Assembly: GCF_009914755.1 (NCBI RefSeq)
Contig: NC_060927.1
Strand: one strand, 5' to 3'
DNA: 64,000 nucleotides
DNA from: the human T2T-CHM13v2.0 reference genome, Homo sapiens
Within the stretch, counting starts at the first letter, position 1; each line of letters begins with the position of its first letter. Under the pieces are notes generated by a model that saw only the letters and a program-made list of their open reading frames with translations, made no database searches and was not told the origin of the DNA. A program made the translations under genes and the position numbers. Positions 1 to 13,233 of the stretch are shown one piece after another.

Positions 1-123
1 TGAAAAGCTGGTAACTCGAAAGTCATTGCTATGTTTAAAAGACTGGCAGAGAGGACACTTGATGCAAAGGGCTGAAAAGTGAAGAGAAAATAGGAAAGAT
101 TAGGCAGTAATTTAGTGAAGTGG

Positions 124-533
124 TGTCTTAGGACCACTATAAAAACAACAACAACAAAAACAAAAACACTATATCCTGGGGTGGGGGAAGAGGGAATTTG
201 GCAGGCTTAAACAACAAACATTTATTTCTTATGATTCTAGAAGCTGGGAAGTCTAAGTTCAAGGTGCCAGTTGACTCTGTGTAAGGTGAAGGCCCTCTTC
301 CTGGTTTACAGATAGGCCCTTTCTTGCTGTATTCTCACATGAAGAAGAAGAGAGATCTATCTCATGTTTCTTTTTCTCTTTATAAAGGCATTAACTCCAT
401 CTTGAGGGTCCCACCTCCATAACCTAACCTAACCCTAATTACCCCCCAAAGGCCTCACTTCCAAATCCCATTATGTAGGGTATTAAATCTTCAAAATTTG
501 AATTTTACCGGTACACATTCAGTCCGTAGGACA
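124..533 (-). mobile_element. MaLR LTR (MLT1A-like)
   Basis: Reverse-orientation MaLR hallmarks: gcttaaacaacaaacatttatttct...gctgggaagtctaagttcaaggtgccag...acattcagtccgtagga. Confidence 0.8.
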
Positions 534-569
534 TTGTGAGAGTTTTGTCAATAGTAACTTGAATTTTTC

Positions 570-727
570 TATGCGCACTATACCACGGACCAGCTGCATC
601 AATGTCACCTGGGAGCCTGATACAAATGTGGAAATTCAGACCCGTCTTATACATATGTAGTCAGGATCTGCATTTTAGCAAGATCCCCTCCTGATCCGAA
701 TGCACTTTAAAGTCTGAGAAACATTGG
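570..727. mobile_element. MER5-family hAT-Charlie relic
   Basis: ggaccagctgcatcaatgtcacctgggagc...atctgcattttagcaagatccc...aagtctgagaaacattgg resembles MER5A/B. Confidence 0.65.
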
Positions 728-1559
728 ATTATATTATTATTTCAAGAATTTGGCAATATCAAGATGGGGGAAAATAATAGTTTAAGTAAGAAATGCATTT
801 TAAGATTTTTTTTTACTGGAAGAAAGGGCACATGAGTATATATGTAGGTGAGAAGAAGCAGAAACAAGTGAGGAAGCAGAGATATAAAGAAATGAATACT
901 GGTCATAAAATAAGGCTCATGATATTGCTCATCATAACTGTCCGTTTCCATCTTTATTCATCTTATCACGACCTGTGGCTTTACCATTTACAGTAACTGA
1001 AAGTGGGGATTCTGAGGGAAAGGGGGGATCCACCAAATCTTTTGACATAGGTCATCCAGGATCTGTCAATTCCCTGTAGCTTTGGTTTCCCTTCCACTCT
1101 CCTAAAAATGAGAACACTGAACAAGCATCTGTATAAGGAATTAAGGTTCAATAAAAAAGTTTTCTAACTTTGATGTCACTTAGTTAGCATTAACTAAAGA
1201 AGCATAAAAAAGACAGCTATTCTGTTTGAACTCTCCTTATAGAATGTACTTTAAGGACTGACTTTCCCAATTAATTGTAATCTTTTATGAGTCCCCCAAG
1301 AGATGCACAGAGCTGTCCTAACCTGCTAATTAGGAGGCCAGCAATGTACTGCTAGGCTTTTTGGAGTACATTCCCTGAGGAAGTGTTAGTACCAAGTGTT
1401 TCTCTTGGGATGATCTATAAATAATTTTTAATGAACAAGATATTATTCTTAATGATCTTCTGGAGACTTGACCAGCACTAAGATACTTTAAGAAAAAGCA
1501 CATTTCCATCAATAGCCATTGATATGCCATTGGCTTGACTTAGAAAAAGGAGCAAGGAT

Positions 1560-1690
1560 CTTTGCATCAACAATTGAGAAACCAAAGTTATCAGCTTAAT
1601 TCTATGGCTGTGCCCTTTTATTTTCTTTAAGATACAATGTTCTCATCTGTAAAATGGGAAAATGAAACTAACATGAATTAGCAAATTGGA
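1560..1690 (+). mobile_element. MIR fragment
   Basis: MIR core motif ttctcatctgtaaaatggga. Confidence 0.5.
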
Positions 1691-2319
1691 AACTCTGGAA
1701 TTAGATGTGGCCCACATGGGTATTTGCTATTATTTGCATGTTTATGTCTAGCGTAGTACACAGGCCAGTTTAGTTGGCCATATAAGATTTGCTTTGTAAG
1801 CTCTATAGCACTGTTTAAATATAAGGCCTTATTATTAGCACTGTTGCTAATCTGCTCAAAATAAACTAATAAGAGTCAGCTCCAGGAAATTTATTCTAGA
1901 AGCAAACTCGTTGTGTGGAATCAGTAATATTGTCCCTATATTTTCAGCAGAGTTTAAAAAGAAACATTTGAGCCAAAGAAAGAGTCAGAAGCTCCCTCTG
2001 CAATATAACTTATATACACTGTGATTTTGAGTATTCAAAATTGAATATATAGATACATATACGTATATATGAATAAGGAAATAAGTTTAGATTGTGCTAC
2101 CCCCCAAAAAATGTTCATCACCAGAATAGTGAAAAAGATAAAATGACCCAAATCTTTAGCATAAGAGAATCAGTTTGGTAAATTAAGTCTCTCCCACAAA
2201 ATGAATTTTTATGTAGCCCTTGGAGTTATATTTATAAAGAAAACTTCATGACATAAGCAAAGAAAAAATAAGATTAAAAATTGTAATTTGTGCTATGTGA
2301 TTTCAACTTGTTAAAATAA

Positions 2320-2349
2320 TAATTCAGAAGAAGCTAATTCAGAAGAAGC
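2320..2349. repeat. perfect 15-bp tandem duplication
   Basis: taattcagaagaagc x2, seen directly. Confidence 0.9.
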
Positions 2350-2473
2350 TGGTACAAAATATGCCAAGCTTTTAAAACCTTTGTATCCTTACCTTTAAAG
2401 TGTTATAACAACATATTTCTCAGGGCTGCTGAGAGAACCAAATGAACCAGAAAGCCAATACAGCACAGAGGAC

Positions 2474-2890
2474 GTATCCTCAGAGCCCTAACAGGAAACA
2501 GATGGCACACTCAAATTGGACAATCAGAGACAATTTGATAAAGGAACTATTTACCAAAGTGTGGCAAGGGTATAGAAAAACATAAAAGAAAGAGTAATGC
2601 AGGACTAATAAAAATTGGGGTATGATTATCTACCCTGGATATGAAGGGGCAGTTAGCTAATCCCAGAAGCAGAGAGCTCTGTGTGAAAAGGATTGGTTCA
2701 CAGAAAGCTCTGATCTTCTGTCCAGAATGGAAGTCAGGCTATAGCAACCCAGCAGAAAGGAAGTCAGGGGTGTAAAGACTCCAGTAATACTCTCTCCCTT
2801 TTTTCCATATAAGTCTGCCTATCAGAGTAGAAAGTAGGATGGAGAATGGTGGAAGGAGGCCTGGTGGGATCGATGAGTTATTCTACCCAG
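2474..2890 (-). mobile_element. ERVL LTR (LTR33-like)
   Basis: caggaaacagatggcacactcaaatt...aaggaactatttaccaaagtgtggcaaggg is the reverse complement of the recalled LTR33 3' end, and ggatggagaatggtgga matches its 5' end. Confidence 0.7.
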
Positions 2891-3179
2891 TTGATCTCCT
2901 TTGTCCTTTTGCTTCCACTCTTGTCCTTCCACCAGAAAACATGTATCCATAACACAGGGATCATACTAAGTTCTATCAGGTAATTTATCTGTAGATGAGA
3001 TCCAAACTGAAAGTTAAGGTATATGAAAGCTCATAAATGGTTACATTGAAAAAAAAATGAACAAAAAAGGCAATTTCATATTTGAAATATGTGTCCATCC
3101 CTGGAATAAAGGAAGGGTTCCAATATAATCGACGTGCAAACAGTTGTTTGGGGAAGATAAAAAAGCTTGACAAACAAGC

Positions 3180-3496
3180 GATAATGAGATTTGAGGGAGG
3201 GAAAAATGTGAAATACCTTGACTCTCCCAACAGAGTTGGCATGGCACGGCTAAGTCACTTGCCTAAGGCCACAGGTCCTGTTACACAGCTCTATCCACTC
3301 GGCACTCCCAGTTTTCAGATTCCAATAACCATTCTTTTTTCTTATTTCTTCAGCCCCAGTAATGACATGAACCATCTCTTGTGAGTTCTCAAATGCCCTG
3401 TGCAGATGACATTAAATAGACTTTTAATCAAATTCTTCTCAAATTACCTAATTTGAGTTTAACATCTGATTATCTTTTACAGTGCTAACTGATAGA
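3180..3496 (+). mobile_element. ERVL LTR (LTR33-like), 5'-truncated
   Basis: aaggccacaggtcctg...ttctcaaattacctaatttgagtttaacatctg...aactgataga. Same family as 2474-2890, opposite strand. Confidence 0.65.
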
Positions 3497-3674
3497 ATAA
3501 TTGAAACCATCACTGGCCTCAGGAAAGAGTGTCAAAATGCAATTCTGGGATTGAGTTGCTTATATGTTCACGGAGTGAAGGGATATTCTTTCTGGTAGAA
3601 GGAAATGAATAATGAATAATCCATGGCAGGTGGTAGTATGATAATAATTCAAATTACCACTAGTGGTGGCTTTA

Positions 3675-4080
3675 TGTCTTGGTCTGCTTAGGCTGCCATA
3701 ATAAAATACCATAAGCTGGGTGGTTTAAACAACAGGAATTAATTTTCTTACAGCTCTTGAGGCTTGGAAGTCCAAGACCAAGATGCCAGCATGGTCAGTT
3801 TCTGGTGAAGCTCTCTTCCTGGTTTGCAGATGGCCACCTTCTCACTGCGTGCTCACATGACCTTTCCTTGATGGTATGCACAGGAGAGAGAACTCTGGTT
3901 TCTCTTCCTCTTCTTACAACGACATTAGACCTATGGATTAAGGACTTTATGGCCTCATTTAACTTTACTCACTGCCTCACAGGATCTATCTGTAAACACA
4001 GTCACAGGCCCTATCCTCCAATACAGTTAGGACTTCAATATATGAAACGGGTGGTGGGGGAGCACATTCAATCCGTAACT
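3675..4080 (-). mobile_element. MaLR LTR (MLT1A/B-like) inserted in ERVL internal region
   Basis: tgtcttggtctgcttaggctgccataataaaatacc...ggaagtccaagaccaagatgccagca...cacattcaatccgtaac. Confidence 0.85.
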
Positions 4081-4552
4081 TTTGGAATGAAGTGCAGAGT
4101 GAATGCAAGAAGTAATGAAATCAAATATCTGTGGCACTGAGTTGCTACTGCAACAAAAATAACTAAAATATTGATTACAAAGATGCCAATGATGATGTCA
4201 TGATCTAACTTTTGAACTCCTGGAAAATGTATAAGAGGTAACAGAGAACTTGAGATGTCTGACTGTCCAACAGAGAATGAAAGTGGACAATTGGAAAGCT
4301 TCTTCAGGAGCTTTGAAAAGCCCTTTATTTCCTGTAGTTGGGAAGCTGACATGGCTGAGAACCAAGCCCAATGCCTGATTATAATGGTTAGAGTTGCAAT
4401 GTCAATTAAATATTCAATTCAACCAGCTAAGGGCACTGGCAGGAAATAAATGAGATGCTAAGACATGAATCCCACATGATTCATCCCATGATGCTTCCCA
4501 CATGAATACAAACATGTGGGAAGTCATAGATAAGACATAAAAGTCTGAAATT

Positions 4553-4610
4553 TTAAATCATCTTGAAATTTAATCATCTTGAAATTTAAATCATCTTTAA
4601 ATCGTCTTGA
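4553..4610. repeat. short tandem repeat, about 17-bp unit
   Basis: (t)aatcatcttgaaattt repeated 3-4 times with degeneration. Confidence 0.8.
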
Positions 4611-5054
4611 AGCTCCCTTGTGAATGAACATAGATATACTACCCTCACTTTGTGATGAAGTCAGCATTTTCTGAAGTAAAAAAATCACTCAATGTTTGCA
4701 TTTAAGACAGTTGACCCAAGGCCTCCAGAGCCATAATGGAAATCAGATTCCTAAATAGCCCAGACACAGAAGTACAAAGCTTAACCCCAGAGGAGATAAC
4801 CTATGTGAGAAAAAAATGTGAGACTTCATGAATCTGTATAGGCAGGAGTATACAGTGTGTGTGTGGGGCATTGGATGCTAAAAGTGGTAGCTGCCCAAGC
4901 AAGAAAAAACAAAAAGCTTGCTAACAGTGGGATTACCCAAGGGTCAGGATTTAATGTGTTAAAAGTCTACAAGGTTAGCTAATTGAAGCCTTGACTCAAT
5001 GGTGACCTATAGTTTATGAGATTGAAATGTCAGAACTTTGGTGCATACTATAAT

Positions 5055-5210
5055 CTTTCAATTTAAAGTTTTGTCCACAAAGCAGTAGGAACACCTGAGA
5101 GCTTCTTGAAAAGGCAGAATCCTTGGCCCCAAACTCAATCTATTGTCACAATCGGCATTCAAACAACATCCCCGTTTGATTTGTATGAAACTTTAAATTC
5201 AAAAACACTG
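5055..5210. mobile_element. MER5-family hAT relic inside ERVL gag
   Basis: cacctgagagctt...gcagaatcc...aacaacatcccc...aaaaacactg. Confidence 0.55.
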
Positions 5211-5269
5211 CAGGTAGATAAAATAATCCAAAATTTCTACCTGAGCAAACTGTTCAGCTAACCTGACGC

Positions 5270-5785
5270 TGTTAGGAGACCATTTTTCATCTTTCTCTTG
5301 TATTTCTGTAGAGAAATGTTTTGCGAGTAGAGGGACTTACTGCTCTTTTTTTTCTGGACTATATTTTTACTTTTCCACAAATTTTTGTATAGTGAACACC
5401 CTCAGAAAATAGATGTAGTATTTCCTCTGGAGCAAAAGTCAGAGACACTCACTATCCAGTATAATAATGTTAATGTCTCCTATGGAGCAAAAGGCAGTCA
5501 GGTTTGCTGCCATAAATGATTTTGGTTCTCAAAGCTCAAAAATGATTTGGATTCCCTAAGCTCTTACACCTCAAACCACTGCGTAAGCAGATATCATCTA
5601 TTCCTCTTCATATCACCAGGGGACTGGAACAAGAAAATGCTGATATGTTGACTACTGATATTGTTGAGAGAAATAAAGATTTTTGTGTCTGACACAGGCG
5701 TCTCTTGTTTTCTGCCAGCATCCACAGGTAGGCTAACTTATCTTGGAAGTACAATAAAATCTCAGATCCTTTACATTTCTTGGTA
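5270..5785 (+). mobile_element. ERVL-class solo LTR (MER76-like)
   Basis: Starts tgttaggagac, has a repeated ggagcaaaag motif and AATAAA near 5672, and ends taaaatctcagatcctttacatttcttggta. Confidence 0.65.
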
Positions 5786-6698
5786 GTTATATTAAAAAGG
5801 ATGTGAAGCTGACAAACACATGGCTATCTGGAAGAGAAAAATAAGGGACCTTCAAGACAATAAATGGGATTTGAGGCAAGCCCATGTGAACTGGTAATGA
5901 ATATGTTGATCAAACCGTATGACCAACCAGGCCAAATATAATCTTCCAATTTATTCCTTGTTAAAGAGGAAGAATTGGAGAGACAGTTGTAGGTCAAGTA
6001 CAAGTAAATGGGTTCAGTGAAAGACAGCTGCCAAATTGGAGTCCCAAATGTGTTAACTCTCCTGCAGGTGGCAGTACTCACCAATAGGGTAGGGGGCCTC
6101 AAGATTTGTAACTGCATGGCAGAAGTTCCTAACTCCAGTTAGCTACAGTTACAGAAAATCACACCTACACTTAGTATGCAAGGAGGCAAATCTGTGACTA
6201 TTGGTTGAAACCAGGTGAATTATGAGAACTTTGATTGATTTTCTAGGGAGATGAGAGAGTGGAGAATGTAATGTCTTTGAATAAAGAAGGCAACAGCTAG
6301 GCCATTTTAGGGTTCAGTCACTCATGCAGTCTATCATGCTAATTTCAATCCATTTGAAGAAGACAGTAAAAGTTTTTGGAGACTTTTTCAATGGATATTG
6401 ACTGTTCTAAGGAAGTTTTGGCTCTCAGATTTACAAGAGAAGAACCCTCATAGTAAACCATAGATTATGCATTGAATAGTATTTGAACTTTTATTGCCCC
6501 GGATTGGCTTAATTAGGGATGAAAATAAGTCACTAGAGAATGAGAAACCAACTCAAAGAAATCTAGAGAAATGTTTGCTGTCAGTCCCACTGCCCTGGAA
6601 AACTTCCCTTGCCCTTATGCTAAGAGCAGGCAATAATCTAAGAGATATTCTCACAACAATAGGGAAAAAAAATGCACCAGTATAAAGTAGGTTGCGTT

Positions 6699-6733
6699 AA
6701 AACAAAACAAAACAAAACAAAACAAAAAAAAAC
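6699..6733. repeat. (AAAAC)n microsatellite
   Basis: Seen directly. Confidence 0.9.
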
Positions 6734-7794
6734 ACTGTGCAAGTGAAGTCCAAGTCAGCCAAAAGGTACAAGCCCTGGAGTCCTCCCTATGAAGCAGTGT
6801 GGCTCTGGCTGCTGAGTCAAAGGGTCCTCAAAGCTTAGTAAAATGTTTCCCAAAGTTACAATGACCTTGCTGCTTTATATACAGAGGTAAAAATAATAAA
6901 AATGTTTGCAATTTGTTTGGTTGAGACATAAGCAGCCACAGCACTCCTTAGAATTGAATGAAAATGGGCCTTGCTTCCTAACAAGAGCTCCCCTCTCCCT
7001 CTTTCCTGCTCTACCCCAAGAAAGATGATTAAAAGGGAGAGGCTGAAGTCTTCCTCTCCCAGGAGAAACCAGGGCTGTAAGTACTCATCACCATATGCTT
7101 GAAGACTTTGGTAAAGGGAAGAATTCAAACTTAACTTTCTGTCACAATATAGTTTGGAAGTGCTCAGATTTTCATGATCTTTATCACAGTCTTGACATTT
7201 TGGCTTTGGATTCATTCCGATCTTTAACAATTTGTTTGATCTTGCATAAGATGTTAAACTTTTCTTATATATTGAAAACATTAGCAGTACTTATTTTATT
7301 ATAATCTTGTGAATATTAAATGTGGTAATATGCATGAAGATTGTATTATCATCTGGCAAACAATATAGGCTGTTCTTGATAACTATTAGCTACTATTATC
7401 ATTTATATGAAATGTACGGTGGGTATAACATCACAACAATTTTGCCATTGATAAGTTATGGTAGAACATGTCTCGTACCATTTCTATAGTAAAAATGCAA
7501 TTTTTAATATAAATTATTAATATATTGAAAATTGGAAGAAATATTGAGCTCTAAAAATTTAGTCAAGACATTTTGTCTTCTTAAGTCTACTATTAAAAAT
7601 AAACTTAAAATAGGTGGCCATTAAAATTATGTATATTGATAAAGAAGGATGATTATGAAGTACTGTTTAGGAGGAAAAATGCACGTTGCACATTTGCAAT
7701 CATAATATGATTATATTTATATAAATATATAGGTATACAGAGAAGGAGTGAGAGATTGTACATATCTGCATCTATATGTAGAAAATAGTCTAGA

Positions 7795-8584
7795 CCCTTT
7801 TCAAAACATGCAGCCAACAATCATATGAAAAAAGGCTCAACAACACTGATTATTAGAGAAATGCGAATCAAAACCACAATGAGATATCTCACAGCAGTCA
7901 GAATGGTTATTATTAAAAAGGCAAAAAAATAACAGATGCTGGTGAGGTTGTGGAGAAAAGGAACACTTACACGCTGTTGGTGGGAGTGTAAATTAGTTCA
8001 ACCATTACGGAAGACAGTGTGGCAATTCCTCAAAGATGTAAAGACAGAATCACCATTTGATTCAGCAATCCCATTACTAGGCATGAAGCCAAATGAGTAT
8101 AAATTGTTCTGTTATAAAGATATATGCATGCTCATATTCATTGCAGCACTATTCACAATAGCAAAGACATGGAATCAACTCAAATGCCCATCAGTGGTAG
8201 ATTGGATAAAGAAAATGTATGACATATACACCATGGAATGCTATGAAACCTTTAAAAGAAATGAGATTATGTCCTTTGCAGGGACATGGATGGAGCTAGA
8301 AGCCATTATCCTCAGCAAACTAACACAGGAACAGAAAACCAAATACCACATGTTCTCGCTTATAAGTAGGATTCAAATGGTCAGAACACATGGACACATA
8401 GAGGGGAACAACACACACTAGGGCCTATCAGAGGGTGGGGGGTGAGAGGAGGGAGAGAATCAAGAAAAATTACTAATGGAGACTAGACTTATAACCTGGG
8501 TTACCAAGTAATCTGTCCAAAAAAAAAAAAAAAAAACCATGACACAAGTTTACCTATGTAACAAAAATAAAAGTTTTTTTAAAA
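7795..8584 (+). mobile_element. L1 3' end (L1PA13-16-like), 5'-truncated
   Basis: ORF 7936-8421 is the L1 ORF2 C-terminus (CWWECKLVQP...), followed by the 3' UTR. Degenerate TSD agaaaatagtctaga (7780-7794) / agaaaatcatctaga (8585-8599). Confidence 0.92.
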
Positions 8585-9499
8585 AGAAAATCATCTAGAA
8601 AAATGCACTGTAAATTTTAATTATGTCTATCTCTGGGAATTAAATTAAGAAATATTTGTACTTTGATATATTTCTGTACTCTTTAAATACATTGAAAGAA
8701 TTATGGTTTATATGCATAAAAACATATGATTTCTTTTGTTGTAGAATAGGTACATTTTTATTTAGCACAAAACTCTGGAAATCAAAGTGAGCTGATAACT
8801 GAGCTGATACGTGCACAGTGTATTATACTTTGATATTTCTATTGTTTAAAAAATAGTTTTTATATATAACCTACCAAAATTTTTGTAAATACAAAAAGAC
8901 CTAGAAGTATTATATTCCAAGACCTTTATTTTAATTATCCTCAAAACACATCCTATCTGTTTAGTTGGTTCTTGTCAACAATTTTTCAGAGTTCTAGGTA
9001 AATAGAATAATAATATTGACTAACAGAAAGATCTTTATCCATGGAATGTTCTTTACAGGATGGCTGTGGCTTAGGATCCCTTATAGTCAATAAAACTAGA
9101 ATCTATAGATTTATAAAGCTTAGCTTCATAAATAAAGCTTTGCTCCATGGACAATGTTACATAAGCTGTGGCATAAAATGGAGATAACTAAAATTCTCCT
9201 GCTGTGTGAGGGAATAATCTCTCGAAGACATGTCAACTCTTGGCCAGGAAGAGCATGTCCACTGCAGGAGGAAGAACTTAGGGAACTGCCTTCAATGTCG
9301 TGGACAACTGCCAATTTTCCTTCAACAAACCAATTGCCTTTAATAACAGGGAAGAATTTTGATTCATGTGAGTCAGATTTAAGGATACAATATTTTGTAT
9401 TAGCTCAAAAACAGAGTAAACAAAAGAAGAAAACAACAAAATTACATGCTTATTAATATATTTCTCCAAATAATAGTGATTTTAAAATGCAAAGGTTAA

Positions 9500-9695
9500 T
9501 GAATATGTAGAACTTACCATGTACCAGGTGCTTTCCCTATGTTATTTTGCTCTACTATCTACCATGCGAGGTATATAGAAATATTCTCATTTTCAAATAA
9601 AATTAGTAAGACACAAAGAGATTTTTTTATGTGCAAACTTACCCAGCTACTAAGTGAGGGATCTGGCATTTCAACCTAGATCTGTCTCCTTACCA
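9500..9695 (-). mobile_element. MIR
   Basis: acttaccatgtaccaggtgcttt...ctcattttcaaat...acccagctactaagtg...ttcaacctagatctgtct. Confidence 0.7.
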
Positions 9696-11799
9696 CCTAC
9701 TACTACATATGAGGAATTTAAGTCTTTGACATTCTTTCCATGGGTTGAATTCAAGAACCAGTTCACTGCTTTAGAACCTGATGTGAAATTCCAAGTGTAT
9801 TAGAAAGCATTACTTTCTATATTTGCAGCCCTGAATCTATCCCCCTCTAAGCCTTATATATCCAACAAATAACTTAATTGCCTTTGGTTAGATGTCCAGA
9901 GCTAGGGTCTGAGACTCAGATGAAATGATTCTCCATCTAATACAAGTTTCTTTGAATGGCACTCAGCACCCATTCTTGAAAAGTCACTTCTAATTACACT
10001 TTGACATTTGTTTTGCTTTACAACAAAGAAATAAATAAATAAAACCCATGACTTTTAATAAAATGGATATGGGTTTTGCCCTGGGAGTAAGTCAAAATTG
10101 AAAGAAGTCATCTATAAAGCTTTTGAAAGAGTTTGAATGGAATTACTTTGTCTTTTTTCATCTAAAATGAAAGTGATACTTCTGTGCTCCATAGGCAGAA
10201 ATATGTATTCTTTTTTGACATATGATCCAGGGATTTTTAATGCTTCTCTAGAAAAATGAATTCTAGAGAGGCTAAGATGATGAATAATTACAAGTAACAG
10301 AGTTCTCTTCTTTTGATGTTATTCCCAGTTACTTCTCATTTTGAATAAATAAATATTCCTGTGAAAGTAGGGCAGTTGAGGAGTAGGTGCAGGTAGAAAT
10401 GTGTCATGTTATACAACCCTAGGATTCATCAGCAGGTGGGCATCATGACATGAAACCAAAACTCACAGGTGAATAGATGGCATCCATCCAAAAGCAAGGT
10501 CATTTGGGCCACACATTTATAATTACACTCACCATATATACTTCACATAAGAAAAAAGATAATTCTTTTGTTGCTCCATGATTTTCACTATTTTTCTAGC
10601 ATTCACAGAGTACCTTGGTGAAAGAAAAAAAGGTCAAAATATCACAAATGACAGAAAATTAAAGCAGAGGTGATAAAAATATATAAACTCTGGATAAAGT
10701 AGTCTAGACCCTTTAACAAGAACTGTTTCTATGACAAAAGTAATTGTTTTTGCTGAAGCTGTTGTTTTCACATGAATTAATAGTGTTAATAGTGCCAGTC
10801 ATTTCATTCAGAACAATCTAATTTGTTTATTGATATGGTTCTTTTAGTGAAAAGTAGTAAGAGAAGAAGTTCCTGGTTTCATAGCTTCCTACCCCAAAGG
10901 TATGATGGAATGCATTCACATGCTGTAAATTATTTTAGAAAGATCAAAGTAATTGACTTAATTAGCTATGATAGCATGTACGACTTGCTTTTATAAATTG
11001 AGGAAGAAAGTGTCTCTGCACTTCAGAAGCTGAGCAGAGCACTAATGGGGCAGATACACAAGTGTTTTCCCTGTAGTAATCTACCTTCTATAGTCTTTTT
11101 CATTGTATAGATCCTTAAAGTGGGGTATTTTTCTCCAAATTGTTTTTATCACAATCCATTCTAAATTTGTGCCAAGTTGAAAAATGATGAAGAAATACAC
11201 ATTGCCCATACTGTCAAATTAATATAAGTAAAGTTATATAGATGTGAAGTTATATATGTGTATACATGCACATCTATGAAGAAAGAGATAGAGAAAGAGA
11301 GAGAGAATGACTGAATCTTGTTCAGTGCTTTTCTTGGTAAATCAAAGAAAATTCAGGGGCACCTAAATGGTGCTTTCTCTGAGGCAATGTTGTCAATCTC
11401 TCAACGTGCCTTTTTCTGTATTCCCTGATTTTCCTGCTGCCTCAGTTCCTATTTGGAAATAAAATTAGCCTCTGCTGAACGTAAATATCAGCAACCAGAT
11501 AATCAGGCTTTCCCACTGCTTTTCTGGGGACCCATCTTAGACCAGAAATGCAAGAAAAAAATTGATACACATGCTGAAATAAAGTTTCTATCTGAGTTGT
11601 CTGGTTTGAAGAGAGCAAGTGAAGAGACCACAGGGATTGAGGATAATGGGAGAAAATTATGGAATAGGTATTTTATTATAGAAAGTCTGAATAATGCTAT
11701 TTATTTTTTTATGAAAATAAAACAATCTAGAAGCCTTCACGTTTCTAATATACTAGTCAAATTAGACTCTCCTCTCTCTTTCAACATCACTCCATTCTC

Positions 11800-12290
11800 C
11801 CTAAGTATTTTTGGTTGAAAATCAGGGAGTCTAAGACTAATTTATCTTTCTCCCATAGTCTATTTCTTCTTCAGTTATCACAGCCCAGTGAAGGATATAA
11901 CCATTGACTCAGACAACCAAAGGATCTAGAAATTTCTAATTACCCTTTGATTCTTCTTTCTTCCTCACATGTAACATTCAGTCACCAGCTAAGTCCTATG
12001 TCTAGTTCCTCCATGGCTCTTCATATTTCTCCTTTCAACCCCCACTGCATTATCTGTCTTTCAGCCCTTACTACTTCTCACCTGCACTAAAACAATAGTG
12101 CCTGAACATGTATCTCTGTATCTCTGCAATCTCCCCTTCCTTTCGTTGCAAGAATAATTTTTCTAAAATCATATTCTGTCACTTTCTGTAAAATGATGTA
12201 GAAGTATTAGAACACTCTCTCCCTGAAGTACAGATTGTCTTATATGGTATGAATTATCTTCTGGGCTCTGGCTATCCTTACAGGCTCCAT
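11800..12290 (+). mobile_element. L2 fragment
   Basis: Pyrimidine-rich L2-like tract: ccctttgattcttctttcttcctcac...cattcagtcacc...aagtcctatg. Confidence 0.55.
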
Positions 12291-12379
12291 TGCTTGAGGG
12301 AAAATATCACTGTAAATTGGCTTATCTTTGTAGCAAACATATACTGTAAAGAAAAGTTGATTCTATATATGTGAATCTT

Positions 12380-12793
12380 AGCCTCTTTCATAGGTCGTAT
12401 GAAACAGATTTTGAGACTGTTTAAGATTTTCATACAGGAGGTACTAGGGATGGAGAAACAACATGTATGAAGGATGAACTTAGCAGGAGGAGAGGTTGAA
12501 TTATAATGTTATTGCAATAGAGCCTTGGCCAATCCTACAGAGAGTTTTGTCCTTCAAAAATTCCATAATAAAGGTGAGAGATCAAGTTTAGATCCCCCTA
12601 CATGGGCCAGTCATTGGAATATTGGCTACCCTGGGGAGAGTCATGGCTTGGGTAAAGCAGTTTTCTTCCAACAAAGGCAATTCATGGAAAATAATTCAGC
12701 TTTAAGTCATCAGCTGTCGATACTCCCAACAGCTAAAAAATGAGTCCCTAGGTCCCAAAGAGGCACCTGGGTGGATCTTCCCAGTGATTACAA
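12380..12793 (-). mobile_element. ERVL LTR (LTR16A-like)
   Basis: gccttggccaatcctacagagag...gccagtcattgga...gcaattc...cagctgtc...ctcccaacagct. Confidence 0.55.
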
Positions 12794-13233
12794 TTTTTAC
12801 CAGAATGTCTTTATTTCAGCAGTCATTGTCATTTAAACTTATTCCTCACAGGACATTAATGAGAGCCAAATTCTAAATTTAAAAAATAAGGATACATGAT
12901 AAAGATGATTATCCTAAAGCTTTATATAGCTTGACAATGATTTCCAAAATAAACATTAAGAAAATAAAAGTGTAAATTGAAGAAACAATATATTCATGTT
13001 CAGCTGTGTTGACCTCTGGATGTAGCTTGTTAAATAGGTAAATTATTTCCTAATTTCCTCTTTTGGTAGGATTTCTATAAATGTAGAATAAAAACTTAGA
13101 CTTTCAAAAGGTACTTGAGAAATTGGAACATCTTCATTCTTTGGTCAATCTCATTACTATCACATAACCCTGTTATTGTGCTCCACAAGATATTTTCTGA
13201 CTTAGTTAATGTTACTTTTAAGTTACAAAAATT

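Larger units (their letters stand above)
3497..5240 (+). mobile_element. ERVL internal region (leader and degenerate gag), interrupted
   Basis: Directly follows the LTR. ORF 4255-4449 (FISCSWEADMAENQAQCLI) resembles ERVL Gag LISCS.RAEIAENQTQ.LI. Further Gag-like blocks lie at about 4770-4890 and 4990-5050, broken by stops and frameshifts. Confidence 0.7.

Noticed and set aside
4255-4449. Gag-like ORF as a possible domesticated ERVL gene
   Set aside because: Only 64 aa, and the surrounding gag is frameshifted and interrupted by other elements.
4553-4610. Short direct repeats as a CRISPR-like array
   Set aside because: No unique spacers, eukaryotic context, and it fits a simple slippage repeat.
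5790-6350. Possible further ERVL or LTR-derived sequence
   Set aside because: It looks repeat-like, but I could not assign a family or strand with confidence.
7936-8421. 161-aa ORF as a host gene
   Set aside because: It is the L1 ORF2 C-terminus within a truncated L1.
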